This document shows positions 56,073 through 64,000 of a stretch of 64,000 bases of DNA, in pieces. The DNA is from Ignavibacteria bacterium GWF2_33_9. GTDB lineage: Bacteria; Bacteroidota; Ignavibacteria; Kapaibacteriales; UBA2268. The translations under genes and the position numbers were made by a program. Position 1 is the first letter of the stretch, and every line of letters starts with the position of its first letter. The DNA is taken from positions 824 to 64,823 of the forward strand of contig MHAC01000069.1 of NCBI GenBank assembly GCA_001804565.1, written 5' to 3'. The notes beneath the pieces were generated by a model. That model was not told where the DNA came from. It saw only the letters and a program-made list of their open reading frames with translations, and searched no databases.

Positions 56073-56618
56073 TTAAAATTGATATTTGTTGAAGAAGTAA
56101 AAAAATGCAGTAAGTATTACTGAATGGTTAATTCTGCCATCTTCAATCATTTTTTTCACTTCTTCTACCTCAGTAGGAACTACACGAATCTCTTCATTTA
56201 AGTCAAAGCTTTGAGAACCCGTTGGTTCCAATCCAAACCAGGCAAATGAATAACATTTGTTATTCAAAAATGCAGGATTTGGTAAAGATACTCCGGTTTG
56301 TATTAATTTTTCATCACTCTTATAACCTGTTTCTTCAAGACATTCTCTGTATGCAGCATCAATTGGCAATTCATCTTCTTCTATTAATCCACCTGGTATT
56401 TCAAGTGTAATCGAGTCTGTCCCCTGTCGATATTGTTCGATTAAAAGGATTTTATTATCCTTGGTTAAAGGTACGACATTTGCCCAGTTTAAGGATGATA
56501 AAACCACGAAATCTGACTCTCTTTCCCAGACAGGATGTCTTCTTCGAACTATTTTTGCCTTGAATATTTTCAAGTCAATTAATTCTTTTATCGAAACAGT
56601 ATCCCACTTTGGTATCAT
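56073..56618 (-). CDS. NUDIX hydrolase (ADP-ribose pyrophosphatase-like)
   Basis: Nudix box is GGLIEEDELPIDAAYRECLEETGY. The track start 56624 is TTG, and ATG 56618 (MIPKWDT) is more likely. Confidence 0.8.
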   Translation of the reverse strand: MIPKWDTVSIKELIDLKIFKAKIVRRRHPVWERESDFVVLSSLNWANVVPLTKDNKILLIEQYRQGTDSITLEIPGGLIEEDELPIDAAYRECLEETGYKSDEKLIQTGVSLPNPAFLNNKCYSFAWFGLEPTGSQSFDLNEEIRVVPTEVEEVKKMIEDGRINHSVILTAFFYFFNKYQF

Positions 56619-56637
56619 TAGCAAAAATTGTAAATTT

Positions 56638-56645
56638 CAAAATTA
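56638..56645 (-). promoter_or_regulatory. Candidate -7 box TAATTTTG for the nudix-parAB operon
   Basis: Plus-strand caaaatta. It lies 19 nt upstream of ATG 56618. Confidence 0.3.
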
Positions 56646-56718
56646 ACAAAGAATAGTCAATTATAAATTATATAATTATAATTTCTATGATTTATATTAA
56701 TTATACTAAACAAATTAG

Positions 56719-58470
56719 TTAAAAACTATCATTAAATTTTGATTTATAAGATTTACTCGTGTTTTTTTTGTTTGTATGAAGAACATGAATTTTATTATTA
56801 ATAATTTCTTTTTGTCTTCTCTTTTTCACAAGGTCTCTTTCAACAAATACTTTTTTGTCTGAAAGTGGATTAAATCCGGTATAATACATTAGTGTCGAAT
56901 ATGTTGAAGGTGTAGGAGTGAAAATTTGCACCTGCTCCGGATTTATCCTTAATTCGTCTCTCAAAAAATTAGAAAGTTCTTTCATTTCTCCTTCGCTACA
57001 ACCCGGATGAGCAGCGATGAAATAGTATGTAAGAAATTGCTTTTTACCGATTTTTTTGCTTAATTCATCAAATTTCTTTTTAAATTCGATAAGATAAGTT
57101 TCATTTTTGCCCATTATATCTAAAACATTGTTGTTTGTATGTTCAGGAGCAATTTTCATTTGACCTGAAACATGGTGTTGCACTATATCATAAAGGTATC
57201 TTTCACCGTTTTTCTTATCTTCGACAATTAAATCATATCTAATACCTGAACTTACAAATACTTTTTTGATTCCATTTATTTTTCTAATTTTTTCGAGCAA
57301 CTCTGTTTGTGAATTATGATTATTAATCAATGCTTTGCACACAGTTGGATACACACATCTTTTATCAGGACAAAGTTCCTTGTCATTTCTTACTTTACAG
57401 CCGCTATCAAACATATTTGCAGTTGGACCACCAATATCGGAAATATATCCCTTGAAGTCCTTTTGCTTTGTAATTTCTTTTGCATCTTCAAGAATTGAAT
57501 CAATGCTCCTGCTCACAATTCTTCTACCTTGATGTACTGCTATTGAACAGAAATTACATTCGCCATAGCAACCTCTATGTGAAGTAATCGAAAACTGAAT
57601 TGTTTCAAGCGCTTTAATCTTACCCTGTTCTTTATAAAATGGATGTGCATCTCTTTTAAAGGGCAAACTATAAATTTTGTCTAATTCTTCACTTGAAGGC
57701 AAAAATTGAGGTGGATTTTGTACTAGATAACGATTATCATATTTCTGTAATAGCCCTTTAGCATTGAAGGCATCATTATTTTTGTAAAATGTTTCAAACA
57801 TTTCAGCAAATTTCACTTTATCTTTGCTTGCTTCATCAAATGAAGGTATTTCGATATAATCTTTTGGTAGATTTTCAGAAGCAGTATAGCAAAGTCCACG
57901 AATATCTTTCCAGTTTTCATTTTTGCTAATTTTATCAGCAATTTCAATAATTGTTTTTTCTCCCATTCCATAAACAAGAGCATCGGCTTTTGCATCGAAA
58001 AGCACACTACGTCTAATTTTATCAGACCAATAATCATAATGTGCAATTCTTCTCAAACTTGCTTCAATACCGCCTAATATTATTGGGACAGTATTCTTAA
58101 ATAACCTACGAATCAAATTTGTATAAATAATTGTTGCTCTATCCGGTCTTCGATTGTTTTCTCCACCGGGAGTTAAGTCATCACTTCGTTTTTTCTTCTT
58201 CAAAGCAGTATAATTTGCAACCATCGAATCAACACATCCTGCTGTTACTCCCCAAAACAAACGGGGTTCTCCCAGTTTCATTATATCATCATTTTCCAAG
58301 TCAGGTTGAGAAATAATTCCTACTTTCCAACCTTGTGATTCGAGAACTCTTCCAATTACTGCAGCTCCATCGTAATAGCTGTCAATATACACATCTCCTG
58401 TTACGATGATAACATCTAATTTTTGCCATCCTAATTTATTTATATCTTGTTTTGTTGTTGGTAAAAACAT
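56719..58470 (-). CDS. ygiQ: YgiQ-family radical SAM protein (UPF0313)
   Basis: N-terminal MFLPTTKQDINKLGWQKLDVIIVTGDVYIDS and radical SAM cluster motif HRGCYGECNFCSI. Confidence 0.85.
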   Translation of the reverse strand: MFLPTTKQDINKLGWQKLDVIIVTGDVYIDSYYDGAAVIGRVLESQGWKVGIISQPDLENDDIMKLGEPRLFWGVTAGCVDSMVANYTALKKKKRSDDLTPGGENNRRPDRATIIYTNLIRRLFKNTVPIILGGIEASLRRIAHYDYWSDKIRRSVLFDAKADALVYGMGEKTIIEIADKISKNENWKDIRGLCYTASENLPKDYIEIPSFDEASKDKVKFAEMFETFYKNNDAFNAKGLLQKYDNRYLVQNPPQFLPSSEELDKIYSLPFKRDAHPFYKEQGKIKALETIQFSITSHRGCYGECNFCSIAVHQGRRIVSRSIDSILEDAKEITKQKDFKGYISDIGGPTANMFDSGCKVRNDKELCPDKRCVYPTVCKALINNHNSQTELLEKIRKINGIKKVFVSSGIRYDLIVEDKKNGERYLYDIVQHHVSGQMKIAPEHTNNNVLDIMGKNETYLIEFKKKFDELSKKIGKKQFLTYYFIAAHPGCSEGEMKELSNFLRDELRINPEQVQIFTPTPSTYSTLMYYTGFNPLSDKKVFVERDLVKKRRQKEIINNKIHVLHTNKKNTSKSYKSKFNDSF

Positions 58471-58617
58471 TAAATATTGAACTTTTAAAAAAATAAGTTT
58501 TTAAAATTATGTATTTTCTACCTAAAATATAATAAAAAGTGTAAATTTTCGATTAATTTGTAACAATTATTACTTTTAATTGTTTAAGTTTATAAATTAT
58601 ACAAAATCAATTTGCTG

Positions 58618-61600
58618 ATGAAATATTTAATATACATTTTAGTTTTCTTTGGATTTTTATTACCTACCCACGCACAATATTGGGAGGAGATTAAGAATTT
58701 ACCTTCTGCATACAAGGATGGTTATTTTTTAGATATATATTTTCTTCCATCCAATACAAATTATGTCTGGGCTTGTGGATTTAGTGGTTATGTTGTTCGT
58801 TCAACGAATTACGGTGCAACCTGGAATGGCACAAAAATTCCTAATGCTGACCACATGGAAAATGTGCAATTTCTAAATACAAACGTAGGATATGTCTCTG
58901 GTGTAGATGGTATATATAAAAGCACTGACGGTGGAGTAAATTTCTTTGATGTTACTCCAACAGATTCATCAGGCAGAGGCTTTTGGGGAAGTTATTTTAC
59001 TGATGCGAATAATGGTGTATTGCTTGGTGGTGGCTGTGATGGATTGCAAAGATTTTATAAAACTACAGATGGAGGTAATTCCTGGACATTGTTCCAAACT
59101 GCAATTGTTTCTTCAGGATTAACTGACTGTATCTTATATACAGACGGAACAGGATATGCAGTCAGCAGTGGTTATTTATGGTATACTTCTAATGCAGGAA
59201 CTACTTGGGCAATAATTCAATCCACCGGCTTGAAAATTTGGGAAGAAGAAATTTCTATATTTGGAAATTCTTTTCTTTTACCTATGGCAGGAACTGACTG
59301 TCAAGGTGGAGGTCCTAATTCAGGTGGAATGAATTTTTCAACTGATGGTGGAGTAAATTGGAACAAATATAATGTCCCTTATGCATTATTCGGTGCTGCT
59401 TTAACGAGCACTACTTCCGGATGGGCTTGCGGATATTCTAGGCAAATTTATCATACTTCAGATGCAGGATTGAATTGGGAATTGCAAAACTGTGGAATTC
59501 CCGAAGGAATTGCTTTGGATGATATTACATTTTTATCTCCAACTGACGGCTGGGTTTGCGGACAAGGAATATACAAATTAGCACCAACCAAATTTTTAAC
59601 AAATAAGGATTCAATTGGTTTCGGTAATATTTGTTTTATGGAAACTAGAAGAGATTCAGTTAAAATTGCGAATTTATCTTTCAAAATGGCAGATCTAAAA
59701 GTTAGTCTGATTAATAACTTTGATAATGCTTTTTCAATAATTTCACCAACTACTTATTTATCCCAAATAAATGAATGTGACTCTGTCGGAATTATTATTC
59801 AATTTGCTCCGACTGTTAATAAAGATTACACTGCTAAATTAAGAATTGAAACCATGTCCGGTGATGGAGTTACTTCTTTTATAAAAGAAATACCTTTAAC
59901 CGGAACTGGCAGCAAATCTACAATTTATGCTGAAAATAAGATGTTGATATTCGATAGTATACCGTGTAATAAACCTCAAATAGTTAGCTTGAAATGGTAT
60001 TCAGATGGATACAACGAGCAATTATTAAGTGCAACTGAATTATTAGATGATAAAAATCAAATAACACTGCAAACTAATTTACCGGACTGGGTAACAAAAC
60101 TTGGCACAACAACACAATTTCAGTTGCTTTTATTAGATACAGGGTGGGTTTCTCAGAATTATAAATTCTTAATGTCACCTTGTCAAAGAGATACTATTAT
60201 TAAGATTTCTGCATATGGAGTATCCCCTATTATTAATACAATTGATAGTTTGCACTTTGTGTCGCATTGTTCAGGAATAATCATTGATACGATTCCTGTT
60301 TGGAATACAGGCAATGCAACTCTAACAATAATCAATTCATCAATTGTCGGAAATCCGCCTGAAGTTAAAATTCTCGGATGGACTTCTCAGAAAACTGAGC
60401 CGGTTTCAATTCCTATTAATTCAAGTGACTCCGTAATTGTTCAATTCAATCCCCAAACCTTAAATTTAACAAGTTATTATCTTCGATTGGAAAATGATGA
60501 TATGACTCTGAAAAGAGGAAATAAAAATCCAATGAACATTCTACTTGTGGGGAAAAAGGAAAGTGAATTAGTTACTATCAAAGATTCAGTAATTGATTTT
60601 GGTAAAATATGTATCAATTCAACCAAAGATTCAATTTTGACATTTGATAATCTAGGAAATATCGCCGCAATGATGAAGATGGAAAATGATATACAGGAGC
60701 CGTTTTCTATGAATGTCCCCTGGAATTTCAGTATCGAGCCAAAAGATAAAGCACTTTTGACTTTGAAATTTGCACCCAAAACTTCTGGTCAGTTCAATGA
60801 TTCACTGATTTTCAAGACCGGAGATTGCAATTATTTGAAATTGTATATTTCAGGTATTGGAATTGAAAGTAATTTCACTGTCACTCCAAATTCATTCTCT
60901 GCCACTATTAAAAGCGGGACATCGAAGGATTTTAATATTGTTTTAAAGAATACTGGAAATGATGATTTAAAAATTACAAATTATAGACTTGTACCTGCAA
61001 CATCCGATTTCAATTTTACCTTGGCTCCTTCATTAACTCAAACTCTTAATATTGGTCAGCAAATGAACTTTGTTTTAACTGCAATTTCAAATACAAATGC
61101 ATTTTATAAAGGTCAAATTTGCTTTGATGCCGAAGGTTTATGCCCTGTTTCGATGTGTGTCCCTGTGGAATTAATAAGTATCAATCGATATATGACAATG
61201 AAAGACTCAATAAATTTTGGTAACTTTGAGTGTTCAGCTTTGATGATTGATACAATTTGGGTGAAAAATTCCGGAGCTGTTGCTGATACTATTACATCCA
61301 TCTCACTTGATGATGAGACTTATTTCAAAATATTAGGAACGACAATTTCACCAAATACAATTCCGGAGGGTGATTCTCTGGGAATAATTATTAAGTTTGA
61401 AACATCGATTGAGGGTGTGTTCACAGCTCAATTAAATGTTCAAACATTAAACCCTGATGGCCAAACTTTGACTACCAAACTAAGAGGTGAATTCAAAAAA
61501 ACAGATTTCTCAATTTCTAAATTATCAATTGATTTTGGTCAATTTGAAATGTGCGATTTAGAAAAAATAATCAATTTTGATATTCAAAATAATGGAACTT

Positions 61601-62832
61601 TAGATGATGATTTAATTGTTTACGATATATCAATTCCAACAGGATATACATCAGATTTCAACTCTCCGGAACACTTTGCAGGAAATGATTCAAAGCAATT
61701 TTCGGTTATTTTCACACCTGGAAAAATCACAAATGCCGGTATATTTAATGGGCATCTTTATTTTTATTCTCAAACCTGTCATGACACTTTGAAGTTGGAT
61801 TTTCAAGCAGAAATAATTGACCCAAAACTTACATACAGTTCATCCGCAATTGATTTTGGAAGTGTATGGATTGGTGATGTAAAAATTGACTCGTTACTGG
61901 TTTCTAATTATACAAATACAACCAGAAAGATAGAATCATTAATTCCACTCTCACTACAGTATTTCAAAATGATTACTAATTTGCCAATTATCGTCCCCCC
62001 TAATTCGAGTATACCATTGTACTTTAGCTTTTCTCCAACTATTGATGGAACTTTCACAGATAAAATTTCATTTATTGAATCTTCAATTTGTAAAGACACA
62101 CTTGATTTTACACTGAAAGGAACAACTCCTAAGGAAATTTATGAAACAACTGTGAACGTAGGGAATTATAAATCAAAACCTGGTGATTCAGTATATATAG
62201 ATGTTTTCTTAAGTTCAAAAATTGAGAGACTGGAACCTGATTCTATTAATGTGCAACTTTCATTTGATAAATACCTGATTTATCCTGTAAAAACTTATTT
62301 AGTTGATAAAAATGGAAATTTAAATAATCTCAAATTTGACTACAAATCCGGTGTTATTTCTTTCACATTAAATTCTACAGAGGCATTGCAGGCAGTCTCA
62401 AAGGGAGATACCATAATTAGAATCAGATCCTATGTTCTCGCATCAAGCCCTTATTTTACACCTATTATTCTTGATAATTTTAATATTGCTACAAATAAAA
62501 ATGTTTCAATAATTAAAATTGACGGTTCTTTGGAAATTGATCCTCTTTGCAGTCCCGAGGTTGAGCATCACTTGATTACAATAGCGTCGTCTAATATTCA
62601 GATTTTGGCTCAACCGATTGGCACTAATACTGCTGAAATTAAATTTGAATATATTGAGGCAAATCAGGTCCTGGAAATTTACGATATCTTAGGAAACTTA
62701 TCTGGTATTATCCCATTAGAAAAAGGTTCATACACTAAAGAAATTAGTTTTGATAATTACACTAACGGAATTTATTATTTATACTTGAAACCTTTAAATC
62801 AAGCCCCACAAAAACTGTTAAAGAATAATTAG
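58618..62832 (+). CDS. Giant T9SS-secreted protein: BNR/Asp-box beta-propeller, about 8 Ig-like (HYDIN/PapD-like) domains, cohesin-like module, T9SS tail
   Basis: Signal peptide ends THA|QYW. Asp-box motifs are STNYGATW, STDGGVNF, TTDGGNSW, TSNAGTTW, STDGGVNW and TSDAGLNW. Repeated D(S/F)I.FG......D...V.N.G modules follow. Cohesin-like segment is VNVGNYKSKPGDSVYIDVFLSS. Tail is LEIYDILGNLSG...GIYYLYLKP. The track start 58612 is TTG; ATG 58618 is preferred. Confidence 0.8.
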   Translation: MKYLIYILVFFGFLLPTHAQYWEEIKNLPSAYKDGYFLDIYFLPSNTNYVWACGFSGYVVRSTNYGATWNGTKIPNADHMENVQFLNTNVGYVSGVDGIYKSTDGGVNFFDVTPTDSSGRGFWGSYFTDANNGVLLGGGCDGLQRFYKTTDGGNSWTLFQTAIVSSGLTDCILYTDGTGYAVSSGYLWYTSNAGTTWAIIQSTGLKIWEEEISIFGNSFLLPMAGTDCQGGGPNSGGMNFSTDGGVNWNKYNVPYALFGAALTSTTSGWACGYSRQIYHTSDAGLNWELQNCGIPEGIALDDITFLSPTDGWVCGQGIYKLAPTKFLTNKDSIGFGNICFMETRRDSVKIANLSFKMADLKVSLINNFDNAFSIISPTTYLSQINECDSVGIIIQFAPTVNKDYTAKLRIETMSGDGVTSFIKEIPLTGTGSKSTIYAENKMLIFDSIPCNKPQIVSLKWYSDGYNEQLLSATELLDDKNQITLQTNLPDWVTKLGTTTQFQLLLLDTGWVSQNYKFLMSPCQRDTIIKISAYGVSPIINTIDSLHFVSHCSGIIIDTIPVWNTGNATLTIINSSIVGNPPEVKILGWTSQKTEPVSIPINSSDSVIVQFNPQTLNLTSYYLRLENDDMTLKRGNKNPMNILLVGKKESELVTIKDSVIDFGKICINSTKDSILTFDNLGNIAAMMKMENDIQEPFSMNVPWNFSIEPKDKALLTLKFAPKTSGQFNDSLIFKTGDCNYLKLYISGIGIESNFTVTPNSFSATIKSGTSKDFNIVLKNTGNDDLKITNYRLVPATSDFNFTLAPSLTQTLNIGQQMNFVLTAISNTNAFYKGQICFDAEGLCPVSMCVPVELISINRYMTMKDSINFGNFECSALMIDTIWVKNSGAVADTITSISLDDETYFKILGTTISPNTIPEGDSLGIIIKFETSIEGVFTAQLNVQTLNPDGQTLTTKLRGEFKKTDFSISKLSIDFGQFEMCDLEKIINFDIQNNGTLDDDLIVYDISIPTGYTSDFNSPEHFAGNDSKQFSVIFTPGKITNAGIFNGHLYFYSQTCHDTLKLDFQAEIIDPKLTYSSSAIDFGSVWIGDVKIDSLLVSNYTNTTRKIESLIPLSLQYFKMITNLPIIVPPNSSIPLYFSFSPTIDGTFTDKISFIESSICKDTLDFTLKGTTPKEIYETTVNVGNYKSKPGDSVYIDVFLSSKIERLEPDSINVQLSFDKYLIYPVKTYLVDKNGNLNNLKFDYKSGVISFTLNSTEALQAVSKGDTIIRIRSYVLASSPYFTPIILDNFNIATNKNVSIIKIDGSLEIDPLCSPEVEHHLITIASSNIQILAQPIGTNTAEIKFEYIEANQVLEIYDILGNLSGIIPLEKGSYTKEISFDNYTNGIYYLYLKPLNQAPQKLLKNN

Positions 62833-62833
62833 T

Positions 62834-63124
62834 ATGTATAAATTTTTAGAGAAATTATTTAATAAAGATAAGCAAATAATTATTCAAACAGATGATTTTG
62901 AGAAATTGCAGGAAGCTAAGAACCTTATCAATTCTGAGATTAAGCATTTCATCAATTCTCATAATGGTAAAATTTATTTGCTTGGAGTTAGAGAAAATAA
63001 CGTTTATATTCAACTGAAAGGCTCTTGTTCAAACTGTCCGGCTATTGAGATTACATTAAGAGGTTTTATTGAAAAAAAAATGCGTGAAAATCTCGCATGG
63101 TTTAATATTTTAATAAAAATATAA
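62834..63124 (+). CDS. NifU C-terminal-domain-like Fe-S scaffold/carrier protein
   Basis: INSHNGKIYLLGVRENNVYIQLKGSCSNCPAIEITLRGFIEKKMRE carries the CxxC motif of the NifU C-terminal domain. The start lies 1 nt after the preceding stop. Confidence 0.7.
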   Translation: MYKFLEKLFNKDKQIIIQTDDFEKLQEAKNLINSEIKHFINSHNGKIYLLGVRENNVYIQLKGSCSNCPAIEITLRGFIEKKMRENLAWFNILIKI

Positions 63125-63164
63125 ATATCAATTTTCGTAATTTTGTTTTATTTTAAACATTGAA

Positions 63165-64000
63165 ATGATAAAAATTAATAAACTAATTCAGATTTTCATA
63201 CTGATATTCTTAATGATTTCGCTTAGCTCCTGCTCGAAAACTGATATCAATTTTAAACCTGCCGTAAAGACTAATATTTCCGAAAATCCGGTCAATGGAG
63301 ATAAACAAACTAAGAAATATTTTCCCAAAATTCTTAAAAAATTCCCACATAATCCATCTTCATATACTCAAGGTTTAATTTTTCATAATGGAGATTTATA
63401 TGAAGGAACAGGGCAATATGGCTCTAGCAAACTAATGAAAATAAACCTTAAAACTGGTTATCCACTGAAATCTTTAGATTTGTTACCCGTATATTTTGGT
63501 GAGGGTATTACAATTTTTAATAATAAGATTTACCAGCTAACCTGGCAGAGTAATAAAGGTTTCATTTATGATATTAATTCATTAAAAAAAATTGGAGAAT
63601 TTACTTATCCCACAGAGGGTTGGGGTATTACAAATGACTCAACATCTTTGATAGTAAGTGACGGAAGTAATTTTCTTAATTTTTATGATCCAATTAACTT
63701 CTCTGTTATTAAAACTATTATGGTTGTCAGAAAAGATGATACCCCTGTTTATAATTTGAATGAACTTGAATTTATCAATGGGATGGTCTTTGCAAATGTA
63801 TATATGACTAATGAAATAATAGTAATTAATCCCAATACAGGAGTTATCGAAGCTTCAATTGATGTATCTGAGTTAAGGTATCATTTGGATGATATTGCTG
63901 ATGCTGAAGTTGCAAACGGAATAGCATATAATGATAAGACCAATACTTATTTTTTAACAGGTAAGTACTGGTCTAACTTATTTGAAGTAAAATTAATCGA
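63165..64000 (+). CDS. Glutaminyl-peptide cyclotransferase, beta-propeller (plant/bacterial) type; lipoprotein; 3' end runs off the window
   Basis: Not in the ORF track. Manual translation from ATG 63165 gives MIKINKLIQIFILIFLMISLSSCSK...FPHNPSSYTQGLIFHNGDLYEGTGQYGSSKLMKINLKTG...YQLTWQSNKGFIYD...EGWGITND...LNELEFINGMVFANVY...ANGIAYND...FLTGKYW. The YTQGL..(E)GTG.YG.S motif is characteristic of this family. Confidence 0.8.
   Translation, partial: MIKINKLIQIFILIFLMISLSSCSKTDINFKPAVKTNISENPVNGDKQTKKYFPKILKKFPHNPSSYTQGLIFHNGDLYEGTGQYGSSKLMKINLKTGYPLKSLDLLPVYFGEGITIFNNKIYQLTWQSNKGFIYDINSLKKIGEFTYPTEGWGITNDSTSLIVSDGSNFLNFYDPINFSVIKTIMVVRKDDTPVYNLNELEFINGMVFANVYMTNEIIVINPNTGVIEASIDVSELRYHLDDIADAEVANGIAYNDKTNTYFLTGKYWSNLFEVKLI

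Noticed and set aside
4517-61301. Many 60-119 aa ORFs lie nested in or antisense to long genes. Examples are 10127-10441, 12642-12971, 28585-28929, 32220-32579, 42747-43055 and 51890-52204.
   Set aside because: Each lies wholly inside a longer ORF that has clear family motifs. Their sequences are low-complexity or composition-driven, with no start-site signals. A handful of antisense ORFs of ~100 codons is expected in 64 kb, because the frame opposite real codons is depleted in stops.
1-64000. I looked for CRISPR arrays, transposases/IS elements, integrases, prophage genes, toxin-antitoxin pairs, reverse transcriptases and long DNA-level repeats.
   Set aside because: I recognised none. The only repeats seen are intragenic protein repeats and short intergenic motifs. 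An exhaustive repeat search (for example self-BLAST or a dot plot) was not possible by eye and would be needed to exclude short dispersed repeats.

Overview
Low-GC (about one third GC by eye) bacterial chromosomal segment. Gene content fits the FCB superphylum (Ignavibacteriota/Bacteroidota-like). It has four secreted proteins with type IX secretion (T9SS) C-terminal sorting domains, a PorV/PorQ-like outer-membrane barrel, and an ExbB-ExbD-ExbD-TonB-TonB-PstS-like-TPR Ton cluster. It also has parAB and ordinary housekeeping genes (prmC, hup, dapF, IMPase, recJ, dprA, rdgB, a long RSH, polyprenyl synthase, ygiQ). I call about 53 CDS and one tRNA-Glu(CUC). I saw no rRNA, CRISPR array, transposase, integrase or phage genes, so this reads as core chromosome and not an accessory island. 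Two edge-truncated genes are missing from the ORF track and were recovered by manual translation: an AddA-like helicase-nuclease (<1..3563, minus) and a beta-propeller glutaminyl cyclase (63165..>64000, plus). The observations I rate highest are listed here. (1) A terminator-delimited cluster at 45760-49534 in which four consecutive secreted proteins, including a TonB-dependent receptor and an HMA protein, carry vicinal Cys-Cys motifs; this is a candidate thiophilic-metal acquisition module. (2) recJ overlaps the start of an 1121-aa Dna2-like PD-(D/E)XK nuclease plus SF1B helicase, inside a wider DNA-end-processing neighbourhood (rdgB, recJ, dna2-like, dprA, addB-like). (3) Gln sits at +1 of about half the predicted signal peptidase I sites, next to a glutaminyl cyclase gene. 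(4) The octamer TATTTTTG recurs as a Bacteroidota-type -7 promoter box. (5) An orphan intrinsic terminator implies an unannotated small transcript upstream of the AddA-like gene. All functional calls rest on motif recognition by eye. No database search or alignment program was run.
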